This document shows positions 10,199 through 22,493 of a DNA stretch of 64,000 nucleotides, in pieces; position 1 is the first letter of the stretch; every line of letters begins with the position of its first letter. The DNA lies in assembly GCA_964633115.1 (NCBI GenBank), contig CAZWEO010000001.1, positions 78,162 to 142,161 on the forward strand, given 5' to 3'. This stretch comes from an uncultured Desulfobacterales bacterium. Its GTDB lineage: Bacteria; Desulfobacterota; Desulfobacteria; Desulfobacterales; B30-G6. The notes under the pieces are model-generated. The model did no database searches, was not told the origin of the DNA, and saw only the letters and a list, made by a program, of their open reading frames with translations. Made by a program: the position numbers and the translations under genes.

Positions 10199-11086
10199 TC
10201 AAGCATGCGTTATTTGCAACCATACGATGGAAGCCACCACCACCACGCCACCAAAGATCTGCAGCGGTGCCATCAACTCACCTAAAAAAATAGCCGCAAT
10301 GACCCCGGCGGCAATGGGCTCCAGCGTTGCAGTGATACTGGCATGGGTCGGTTTAATACGCTTAATGCCTTCAAAATAGAGGCCAAAGGGCACGATCGTT
10401 CCACCCAGACCAATAAACAGTATCCAAGACCACTGTTTCAGTGTATACGCCTGGCGAAAGGCTCCCATGGGCGGAAACAATACATGCCAAATCAGGGCCG
10501 CAAACAGCATGCCATATAGTACAACCGTCCAGGGTGTGTATTTTTTCATGCCATAGGCACTGAGAAGCGAATAGGCTGCAAAAGCCACCGCTGCCAAAAT
10601 TCCACCAATAATACCTACACGATTCAGCGCAAGCATCTCAAGATCATAGGCACCCACAACCAGATAGCTGCCCACCAGCGTCCCCACGATGGCAACCAGG
10701 GCTTTTGAGCCCATCCGTTGCTGTTGGATAAGAGCGGAATACAGAGCCACAAAGACAGGACCTGTATAATGTAGCAGTATGGCAGCGGCCACATTGATCT
10801 TGCTGATGGCAAATAAATAGAAAAACTGGGCTGCTCCGATTCCAAAAAATCCGAGGCAGATAAAATAGGGTAAATCGGTGAGTGATATTTTAAGCTGTCG
10901 AGGATATCTGATGGCCAGCCACACAATCAAGCCCACGAACGCCAATGTCGTTCTGAGTTGAATCAATTGGTAGGCTGTAATGCCTGCATTAAATAACGCT
11001 TTGGCACAGGCGCCCGAGATTGCAAATAAAATGGCGGCCAGCGCCACCAATAAATACCCTATCCGGTTTTCATTTTGGTTGTTCAT
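10199..11086 (-). CDS. EamA/DMT-family transporter
   Basis: 295 aa with about 10 hydrophobic helices in two repeated halves. Its start overlaps the stop of the upstream gene (ATGA). Confidence 0.85.
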   Translation of the reverse strand: MNNQNENRIGYLLVALAAILFAISGACAKALFNAGITAYQLIQLRTTLAFVGLIVWLAIRYPRQLKISLTDLPYFICLGFFGIGAAQFFYLFAISKINVAAAILLHYTGPVFVALYSALIQQQRMGSKALVAIVGTLVGSYLVVGAYDLEMLALNRVGIIGGILAAVAFAAYSLLSAYGMKKYTPWTVVLYGMLFAALIWHVLFPPMGAFRQAYTLKQWSWILFIGLGGTIVPFGLYFEGIKRIKPTHASITATLEPIAAGVIAAIFLGELMAPLQIFGGVVVVASIVWLQITHA

Positions 11087-11670
11087 GAGCTCTTTTTATA
11101 TAAATAGAAAAATTCCATCACTTTTTTGACATAGTTGCGGGTTTCCTCGATCGGTGGAATCGCTTTGTATTTTTCAACCATACTGGGGCCCGCATTATAG
11201 GCGGCCAGCGCCAAAGGCAGTTTACCATTAAAACGATCTATCATCGCTTTAAAATATCGGGCGCCCCCCATGATGTTTTCTTTGGGATCAAAAGGGTCGC
11301 TAATATATAACGATTTTAAATTATACGGCATTACCTGCATCAATCCCAGGGCGCCTTTGCGAGATACCGCTTTGGCATTAAAATTTGATTCAACTCTGAT
11401 TATGGCTTTTATCAATTGAAAAGATAAACCATACCGTAAGGATGCCTCCTTGATGATGGGATCATATACTTTGGTGGCTAGCGATGGTTTGGGACGTTCC
11501 TTGATATATAATTTGTACTGGGATGATGTGGGAGCATTGGTAAAATGGAGTACGCCTTCACTATCGATATACATGAATATATCGGCCAGGGCTGGCTCTG
11601 GTATCGCCGCTAAAAAACCAACAATCAAAACCAAAAGTAACCATCTGATTTTTTTAAATAAATAAACCAT
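11083..11670 (-). CDS. Lytic transglycosylase (SLT domain), exported
   Basis: 195 aa with a signal peptide. SLT motifs VESNFNAKAVSRKGALGLMQVMP and AAYNAGP. Confidence 0.8.
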   Translation of the reverse strand: MVYLFKKIRWLLLVLIVGFLAAIPEPALADIFMYIDSEGVLHFTNAPTSSQYKLYIKERPKPSLATKVYDPIIKEASLRYGLSFQLIKAIIRVESNFNAKAVSRKGALGLMQVMPYNLKSLYISDPFDPKENIMGGARYFKAMIDRFNGKLPLALAAYNAGPSMVEKYKAIPPIEETRNYVKKVMEFFYLYKKSS

Positions 11671-11677
11671 ATCCGAG

Positions 11678-14600
11678 TTAATCTGAGAATAAAGCCAACT
11701 GGGTTTGGCGATGACGCATGGTTTTATTGTCTGATGTCTGGTTCATCTGTTGTAGTTTCTGTTCCACATCGGTCACAAAGGGTGAAATGGATTGAATCCC
11801 AATCTTGCCATGGACTTTTCGTTTTTTTACATGGCTTAAATAGAGTTCTTGTTTGGCCCGGGTCATGGCCACGTAGAACAAGCGTCGTTCCTCCTGAATA
11901 TCCTGGTATTTATTTTCCTTGGGAATAAATGGAATCAAACCATTTTCACAACCTGTTATAAAAACTACAGGAAATTCCAGCCCTTTGGAGGCGTGCATGG
12001 TCATTAAACTGACCTTTTCCACGCGGGAATCGTACTGGTCTGTTTCTGTTTGCAATGCCAATCTGTTTAGAAATGTCGGTAGATCGCCATCAAAACCATA
12101 CGTTTTCTGTTTTAACTCTTCCAGTTGCTGCTGTTTTTGGGGATCATCTTTTACCGATATACCCAAAGACGTCTGTTCTAATATGGTGTTGATTGTTTTG
12201 CCAGGGTCTTTGGCAGAAATTTGGGATTGAACCGTTGCCAACGCCTTTGCCATGGCTGCCAATTTCGTTTGACTTCTTTTGGATAAAGTCGCAATGGGAT
12301 AGGTTAGCAGACTATTTAAGGCCTCATAAACATTTTGCCTATTCTGGTAAGCCCAAAATTTCCAGGAATCAAAGGATTTTTTACCGATGCCGGTTTGCAA
12401 GTAAGGTAAAATACGGTGGAGGTCACCATAGGATCCTTTACTTGAAAGCATTCTTAAAAATGATATCGTCGCCAGCACCCGGGGACAATATTGCCTATTT
12501 TTTTTAATGGCAACCTGAATCGGAATCCCAGCTGAAGATAGCATTTCAGCAATCACTTGGGATTGTTGGGCTGTTCGATATAGAATTACAAAATCTGAAA
12601 AGGATCGCTCCGTCTCTGATTCTGTTGCACTGGTTTTTCCAAAATCAATGGAGTAAAACCCCACCCCGCCAACCATCGACTCGATCATCTTGCCAATGGT
12701 TACAGCCTCATGTTTATCGTTTTTACAAGCGAGAATACCTACTTTTTGGGTCCCCTGATTTTCTGAATAAAGTTGCTGCCTCGGTATCCGGTCCGGTGTC
12801 TTTTGAATCATCTGCTGGGCAACATTCAAAATTGTTTGGGTCGAGCGGTAGTTTTGGTGCAACTGGATGCGCTCAGCGCCGGGATAATCTTCATGAAACC
12901 GATGAAAATAGTGCACATGTGATCCCCGGAACCCATAAATCGATTGATCTGGATCACCAATGACACATATTTCTGTCTCCGGCTGCGCCAGTTTTTTGAG
13001 CAAGCGATACTGTCCTGTATTGATATCCTGATATTCATCAACAAAAACATATGGATATTGCTTTTGAATGGCGGTGCGTACTGTAAGATCGTTTTCAAAA
13101 AGCCGGACCACATCACCGATCAAGTCCTCAAAATCCACTAATCCAAGGATTTTCAAAATCTGTTGATAGCATTGGTAGATAGCATTAACAGACTTTTTTT
13201 CAGCGGATGTAAGCTGGTCCAATTTGTCGGCATCCGCTTGGTACTCCTGTTTGATATAACGAATGGCATCCGCCAACTGTTCATGACGCAAGGACACATC
13301 CACACCAGAATCCCTTGCCATGGTTTTGGCGTCTTTGATGATTTCCAATTGCTCTCTGTCGTCAATTACGGCTGGGATTTGGTGTTGATCCCCGGTTTGT
13401 ATGCTTCTCAAACAAAAAGAATGAAACGTCGTCACCAACGGCAGTTCCATTTCTTGTGGTAATAACCGTCTCAGACGAACGAGCATTTCTCCGGCGGCCT
13501 GGTTCGTAAATGTCAGGCCCAGAATATTTGCGGCTGCAACTTGTCTTTTTTTTATTAGATGAGCGATTCGATGCGTCAGGGTAAAGGTTTTACCAGTGCC
13601 GGGTCCGGCCACAATAATATTTGCACCACCTGGATGGTGAACTACTTTGCTTTGGCTTTGATTCAGAACGAGCGGTCTGGTGGAATCTGTCTTTTCTAAA
13701 GACTGTTTTTGAGGTGCTGCACGTTTAGTTTTTGGAATCCTTTTTTGGCGTTTCTGAGGCACCATTGCTGCAGGTTGTACCGCGAACAATCTCTTTTGGG
13801 CACTCAATTTCTCCCTTTCCTGGCGAGAAAACAAACGGATGGTTCCAAATTGGCCATCAAACCCAGCATCGATATGAATTTTGCTTGCGCGAATGCGCTT
13901 AATCGCGTCGGCCAGTAAGGGAATATCTGTCTGATTTAATTTTTCGACCGGCAATTGATGCAATATATCAAACTCTGATCCTAAGCTCTGCAGGAGATCA
14001 TGATATGCCCGCTGAACTTTTTTGGAATTGGGTCCGACCCCCAATAATTCGGATAAGATGTCTATCAATGGAATGCTATGATAAAAAGGGTGGTTTTTTT
14101 CAGGCCGCTGTCCCTCGGGGCGATCGGCCAATTCTTCAACCCGATAAAGCACTCCCAGAGTCATGGGTTTCTGACACACCGGGCAGCGACCATCTTTTTG
14201 AATTGTTTCCCGGGGCCCAGAACGATAGTTGCATTTGCGATGTCCGTCAAAATGGTATTTACCTTCCTCGGGAAAAAACTCGATGGTGCCACAGAACTCT
14301 TGTGGGTCTCCGGTTTTAATAGCCTTCTTTATGGCGCCATAACTCAAATCGGTGTTAAAAATATTGGCCTCGCGGCCTACTTTTAGCGGAGAATGGGCAT
14401 CGGAGTTGGATATTAATGTGAGTCCATCCAGATTTTTAACCCGCCAATTCATTTGCGGATCCGACGAAAGACCTGTTTCTACAGCAAAAATATGGGGTGT
14501 CAGTTCCTCGAAGCAAGCTTCGATGGTATCAAATCCAGATTTGGAACCCAACATGGAAAACCAGGGTGTCCAGATATGCGCTGGCACTAAAAAATTTTTT

Positions 14601-15067
14601 GGGGATGTTTCCAGGCTTATTTCCAGTAGATGTTTGGCATCTAATCCCAAAATCGGCCTGCCATCCGAATGAATATTACCAATTTTATCAAGCGTCTGAT
14701 TGAATTTTTCTACCGACTCAAAAGAAGAAAAAAATACGAGATTATGATTCTTGCGGGTTTTATCCTGCTTTTTATAAATATTACTGATTTCGGTAACCAA
14801 TATAAAGCGCAAACGGCTCCGACAGATAGGTGGTATGTGTTGATCAACTGTCTTAGCGATATCCGGGTTTAATTTGAATAAACCCGGTTCTGCTGGAACC
14901 AATTTCTCCTTTATTTCTGAAAACCAAGCCGGATGGGTCACATCACCAGTACCCAAGACGGTGATGCCTTTTAGCTGGCCAGCAATATACAGATTTTCCA
15001 AATCAAGGTTCTTAGCTGTTGCTCTGGAATATTTTGAATGTACGTGAAAATCAGCAAAAAATTTCAT
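11678..15067 (-). CDS. Fusion protein: EndoQ-like PHP/Zn-ribbon nuclease (N-terminal ~430 aa) + UvrD/PcrA-type SF1 helicase (C-terminal ~650 aa)
   Basis: 1129 aa. N-terminal part: PHP metal motifs DFHVHSKYS, GTGD, PAHIWTPW, SNSDAHSP, then GKYHFDGHRKC...CPVCQKPMTLGVLYRVEELAD and GFDGQFGTIRL. Helicase part: GPGTGKT (I), TFTNQAAGEM (Ia), VFVDEYQD (II), GDPDQSIYGFRG (III), YRSTQ (IV), HASKGLEFPVVF (V), VAMTRAK (VI). Confidence 0.85.
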   Translation of the reverse strand: MKFFADFHVHSKYSRATAKNLDLENLYIAGQLKGITVLGTGDVTHPAWFSEIKEKLVPAEPGLFKLNPDIAKTVDQHIPPICRSRLRFILVTEISNIYKKQDKTRKNHNLVFFSSFESVEKFNQTLDKIGNIHSDGRPILGLDAKHLLEISLETSPKNFLVPAHIWTPWFSMLGSKSGFDTIEACFEELTPHIFAVETGLSSDPQMNWRVKNLDGLTLISNSDAHSPLKVGREANIFNTDLSYGAIKKAIKTGDPQEFCGTIEFFPEEGKYHFDGHRKCNYRSGPRETIQKDGRCPVCQKPMTLGVLYRVEELADRPEGQRPEKNHPFYHSIPLIDILSELLGVGPNSKKVQRAYHDLLQSLGSEFDILHQLPVEKLNQTDIPLLADAIKRIRASKIHIDAGFDGQFGTIRLFSRQEREKLSAQKRLFAVQPAAMVPQKRQKRIPKTKRAAPQKQSLEKTDSTRPLVLNQSQSKVVHHPGGANIIVAGPGTGKTFTLTHRIAHLIKKRQVAAANILGLTFTNQAAGEMLVRLRRLLPQEMELPLVTTFHSFCLRSIQTGDQHQIPAVIDDREQLEIIKDAKTMARDSGVDVSLRHEQLADAIRYIKQEYQADADKLDQLTSAEKKSVNAIYQCYQQILKILGLVDFEDLIGDVVRLFENDLTVRTAIQKQYPYVFVDEYQDINTGQYRLLKKLAQPETEICVIGDPDQSIYGFRGSHVHYFHRFHEDYPGAERIQLHQNYRSTQTILNVAQQMIQKTPDRIPRQQLYSENQGTQKVGILACKNDKHEAVTIGKMIESMVGGVGFYSIDFGKTSATESETERSFSDFVILYRTAQQSQVIAEMLSSAGIPIQVAIKKNRQYCPRVLATISFLRMLSSKGSYGDLHRILPYLQTGIGKKSFDSWKFWAYQNRQNVYEALNSLLTYPIATLSKRSQTKLAAMAKALATVQSQISAKDPGKTINTILEQTSLGISVKDDPQKQQQLEELKQKTYGFDGDLPTFLNRLALQTETDQYDSRVEKVSLMTMHASKGLEFPVVFITGCENGLIPFIPKENKYQDIQEERRLFYVAMTRAKQELYLSHVKKRKVHGKIGIQSISPFVTDVEQKLQQMNQTSDNKTMRHRQTQLALFSD

Positions 15068-15342
15068 CTTGTTTCGCTTGGCTATTCCAGCTATATGTAT
15101 ATAATAGTTTTATATTTATACACAATATGTTGTATTGGGTATTGATAAATTGTTCATAATTATCTATTTATGAACAATATTGAAACAGGTGTTAAAAACA
15201 GCCTTGTTTTAGACAGCCTATCAAGCCGTTATTGTCAAAGGATATTAACTAAAATAATAATAATATTAATTAATTAAGAACTTATTATATTTATCAACAA
15301 GCCTTATTATTACTTATTCTTATATTAAAGTAGGAAATACTT
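15068..15342. other. Candidate oriC / dnaN upstream region (AT-rich, DnaA-box-like motifs)
   Basis: 275 bp non-coding. DnaA-box-like 9-mers compared with TTATCCACA: TTATACACA at 15116..15124, TTATCAACA at 15291..15299, TTATGAACA at 15168..15176 with its inverted copy at 15151..15159, and TTATCAATA on the minus strand at 15140..15148. A very AT-rich stretch at 15241..15340 is a possible unwinding element. Confidence 0.45.
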
Positions 15343-18893
<3,551 letters not shown>

Positions 18894-18896
18894 AAT

Positions 18897-18932
18897 AAAA
18901 AAGTGATTTCGCTCAGGCAAAATCACTTTTTT
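18897..18932. terminator. Bidirectional intrinsic terminator between gyrB and the KAS III-like gene
   Basis: 13-bp arms AAAAAAGTGATTT / AAATCACTTTTTT around a 10-nt loop, with T-runs on both strands. The second arm overlaps the last codons of the minus-strand gene. Confidence 0.6.
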
Positions 18933-20458
18933 ATTTGGAGGAAGGAACTTCGGGTCATGCCGGCGCCTACAGAATCGTTTAGGATCACTTTGGCGGAACG
19001 CAATTTTGCCAGATTTTGATTAATGCGAAATCCTTGAATATTGTCAGCCGTAAGTTTTTTACCTTCCAAATCATAGGGTAGGCGTTGCATACAAACCACC
19101 GAACAATTGCCACGCGTGTGGATGTTGGTAATCATTTTATTGGACAGATAATCAACCACCTCCTTTTTCAAACCCGGTTGGCCATTGTCCAGGACTTTTT
19201 CGAGCATCATGGGTATCATGGCAAAATTGGCCTGGTGTTCAATCAGTAAATCAAGATCATAAACACTGAGTTGGTTTTGTTGCATCAGGTCGCTGAGATG
19301 TTCTTTGGCTCCACGTGTGGCATACAGGAAAACACCCTTTCCATTCATATCGCCAAAGACATCGTCTTCGGTGGGAACCGCCTGAATATAGTCCGCAAAA
19401 CAGCCATGGGTCCGCGTGTGCGTGTCCACAATCCCGCGGCGGGGTCTTTCAAAAGTAAAACCAGAACCGCGTTGAACGCTAATGTCGGCTGTTAAATCTT
19501 TTCGCAAATAGACACTGACGATGGAACGAAACTTACCGGATTGAATGTAAGCGCGGGCACAGTCATCGACCAGCTGGGGGGATTTGGACAGTGTCATGAT
19601 ATCATAGGCAAAGGCATCAATACGGCGATTATAAAAAGCCAGGTCGCTTTTAAACCCATTGGAGCGGCGGTTACCGAAATTTTCCGGAAACATAAGAACC
19701 GCCAATTCATGCTGCAATCTGGCGGCTGTGGCTGGTACGCGGAAATGCAGTTTGCCAAGCTGATTGTCGATGATAATGCCGTCGATTTTTTGATCACCAT
19801 TTATATCGAAAATCGCTTGCGCAAGCTCGGGGATAAAATCAGAAGCTAAGGAACATTGTGATTTTTCGGTCTGAATCTGGCCGTTGCGAGGGACGCAGGT
19901 GGCAGTTGTTTCGAATCCGGTTGCCAAGGCATCGTCACCAAAAATGATATTCGACGTGTCGAGCGGCACAAAGGCCTTGGCCCGATGAATATTTTCAGCC
20001 CCTACCACGACGGATACGTCACCTTGTTTTAAATAACCGGACAAAGTTAGCATAAATAGCAGTTCCACACTGACATTGTATCCTGGGCAGCCGGCATAAA
20101 GATCCAGAGCAATTGCTTCTGGACATTGGTTCTTAATAATTTTAAATGGATAGCGAACCAGTGGTCCAGGATCATATTTATCGTCGCCCACATTGGTTGC
20201 CCCGATAACTACTTTTATTCTTTTTGGTTCGATCTTTGCTGTGTCCAGCAGGTTTTGAATCGCGATGGTTCCGATGCGAACATCGTCCGGCGCCACCATC
20301 CGCGTGCGGATGCCAATCCGCTCCTCGATGGTCTTTAAATTGACCGGAATCTCTCCTTTGAAGAGCATGCCCTTATTTTCATATATGGTATTATCGGTCA
20401 GGGTACCACCATTCCAGGCGCCATATGCTTTAATTTCGAGAACGGATCCTTGGATCAC
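18923..20458 (-). CDS. KAS III (FabH)-like thiolase-fold condensing enzyme with large internal insertion
   Basis: 511 aa with GTG start. Cys-His-Asn triad context: YAGCPGYN (Cys124), IEHQANFAM (His408), TRGNCSV (Asn451). About 180 extra residues lie between the FGDDA block and the MNGKGVF block. Confidence 0.7.
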   Translation of the reverse strand: MIQGSVLEIKAYGAWNGGTLTDNTIYENKGMLFKGEIPVNLKTIEERIGIRTRMVAPDDVRIGTIAIQNLLDTAKIEPKRIKVVIGATNVGDDKYDPGPLVRYPFKIIKNQCPEAIALDLYAGCPGYNVSVELLFMLTLSGYLKQGDVSVVVGAENIHRAKAFVPLDTSNIIFGDDALATGFETTATCVPRNGQIQTEKSQCSLASDFIPELAQAIFDINGDQKIDGIIIDNQLGKLHFRVPATAARLQHELAVLMFPENFGNRRSNGFKSDLAFYNRRIDAFAYDIMTLSKSPQLVDDCARAYIQSGKFRSIVSVYLRKDLTADISVQRGSGFTFERPRRGIVDTHTRTHGCFADYIQAVPTEDDVFGDMNGKGVFLYATRGAKEHLSDLMQQNQLSVYDLDLLIEHQANFAMIPMMLEKVLDNGQPGLKKEVVDYLSNKMITNIHTRGNCSVVCMQRLPYDLEGKKLTADNIQGFRINQNLAKLRSAKVILNDSVGAGMTRSSFLQIKK

Positions 20459-20857
20459 TGTAAGCTCCAGATTGTCAGTATTTATATTTGAATTCCTTGC
20501 TGCAACACGACTTGAGCTCGGCTAAAGATTTGCTGACGGAATATGGATTTTTAATCTTTCGTATAAAAGCGACGTAGTCGCGCTCCATAAAATCGTGGGA
20601 CACGATTTTATTTTCTAAATTAATCGGGCCATTATCGTAAAAAAACCTATAACAGAAGTTTTTCGCTTTTCAATAGATGCAAGTGAGTATTTTGTACTTG
20701 ATTCAAAACTAGACAAATGTGATTAATAAGCAAATCAGCCAAAACTGGGCATAAAACGGCAATGTAAAAGTTTTGTAAAATCAAATCGCCTGGCGTTTTG
20801 ATTTATAGTAGCCTAGCCGCATTATTCTCTATTTGATTAGTTTAAATGAGGCGCTCA

Positions 20858-21652
20858 ATGAACATTCACACGATCACAGCAAGGGATTTGCCCGATTTAT
20901 GGTTTCAGGCAGTCCATGATATTTTAGACCATGGCAAACGGTTTAACATCGATAGAGGATCATATGCCGGGCAAACCCGATTGGAGTATGACTATTTTTT
21001 TGGTCAGGTCCTGCATCCATATAGCGAACCACTCCTGCCGGACATTCCACCGTCTTGCGGCATTCCTAACCCGGTTGAGGAGGCCTATATCTATGGTGGC
21101 GATGGATATGAACGCTCCTATATCGAGTATCTCATGACCGGTCATAAAGAACCAGGGGAATCCTATACCTATGGCGAACGTTTGACGCGAACGCCCATAA
21201 CCCGTAATAAATTGGAATGGTGGCAAAGCGGCAACGAGGAGATCATTGATAAAAAGGCAGTCGATGGCAAAATCGTATTTGAGGAAAATGGCACCCTGTA
21301 TTTAAATCAAATTGAGTGGATCATTGACACCTATAAAAAGTATGGCTACCGCAACAATCAGATGGTCCTGCAAATTGCGCACCCGTCCGATATGACTTTG
21401 ATTGACCCACCCTGCCTAAGGTCCATCGATACCCGTGTACAGGGCGACCAACTTAATTTCTTTGTTTATTTCCGATCTTGGGATCTGTGGGGCGGCTTAC
21501 CGGCCAACCTTGCCGGCATCCAAAATTTAAAGAGTTATATGGCAGCCGAAATCGGGGTAAAAGATGGTCAAATGGTGGTGGAAAGCAAGGGATTGCATTT
21601 ATACGGCTATGCTGAAGATTTGGCCAAGCTACGCTGTTTGCGAGAGGATTAG
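20858..21652 (+). CDS. Thymidylate synthase (ThyA)-fold protein, archaeal-like divergent type
   Basis: The ORF track starts at 20846. The ATG at 20858 has a GAGG RBS 6 nt upstream. ThyA-fold blocks: IDPPCLRSID (catalytic Cys context), FRSWDLWGGLPANL (compare QRSxD..G.PFN), KGLHLYGY. Substrate not assignable. Confidence 0.6.
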   Translation: MNIHTITARDLPDLWFQAVHDILDHGKRFNIDRGSYAGQTRLEYDYFFGQVLHPYSEPLLPDIPPSCGIPNPVEEAYIYGGDGYERSYIEYLMTGHKEPGESYTYGERLTRTPITRNKLEWWQSGNEEIIDKKAVDGKIVFEENGTLYLNQIEWIIDTYKKYGYRNNQMVLQIAHPSDMTLIDPPCLRSIDTRVQGDQLNFFVYFRSWDLWGGLPANLAGIQNLKSYMAAEIGVKDGQMVVESKGLHLYGYAEDLAKLRCLRED

Positions 21653-21679
21653 AACCTAAAACAAGATGAGGCGAAAACT

Positions 21680-22459
21680 GTGCTTTTGGCAATTGATATC
21701 AGTAACTCGACCATAAAGGCTGGAATTTTTAATCAAGAGAATTTAATCGCAAACTGGCAGTTCGCAACCGAAAGGCATAAAGTTGCCGATGATTATGCTA
21801 TGCTCATATTAAACCTTTTTAAGGCCAGCAATATCTCTTTGGACCAGATAACCGGAGTCTGTTTTTCCAGTGTCGTGCCACCACTGCGCGCAGTCTTCGC
21901 TCAAATTGCACGCCAGTACATCAAAACCGAGCCCATCATCGTAAGCCCTGCCGTCAAGACTGACGTGATCTTCAATATTGATACCCCGCGCGAACTTGGT
22001 GGAGATCGGATCGTCAATGCACTAGCGACGTACCGACTATATGGCGGGCCAGCCATCTCAATCGCATTCGGCACCGCAACTGTTTTTGACTGTATTTCTG
22101 ACCAGGGCGAATATCTGGGCGGCGCGATTGCCCCAGGTATGATCGGTGCCCTGGAATCGTTGACGCGATCGGCCGCCCAACTCTATCAGGTTGAAATAAA
22201 ACAACCCGACCAAGTAGTTGGCAAAAATACAATTCAGATGATGCAATCCGGACTTGTCCTGGGATATGTGGCTCTGGTGGAGGGCATGGTCGCTCGCTTA
22301 AAGCGCGAAATGCTGGCAGATACATCTGATTCGAAGTTTACGGTTATCGCCACGGGGGGGTTGGCCGAGATCATTGCACCGGAAACAAAAGCAATTGATG
22401 TGGTTGATCAGGAGCACTTATTGAAGGGATTGAGGCTTGTATACGAAATGAATAAATAG
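21680..22459 (+). CDS. coaX: Type III pantothenate kinase
   Basis: 259 aa with GTG start. N-terminal LLAIDISNSTIKAGIF and a GGDRIVNA block, typical of CoaX. Confidence 0.85.
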   Translation: MLLAIDISNSTIKAGIFNQENLIANWQFATERHKVADDYAMLILNLFKASNISLDQITGVCFSSVVPPLRAVFAQIARQYIKTEPIIVSPAVKTDVIFNIDTPRELGGDRIVNALATYRLYGGPAISIAFGTATVFDCISDQGEYLGGAIAPGMIGALESLTRSAAQLYQVEIKQPDQVVGKNTIQMMQSGLVLGYVALVEGMVARLKREMLADTSDSKFTVIATGGLAEIIAPETKAIDVVDQEHLLKGLRLVYEMNK

Positions 22460-22493
22460 AAGCCATTAAAAAAAGTAGGTTATATAAAGCAAG

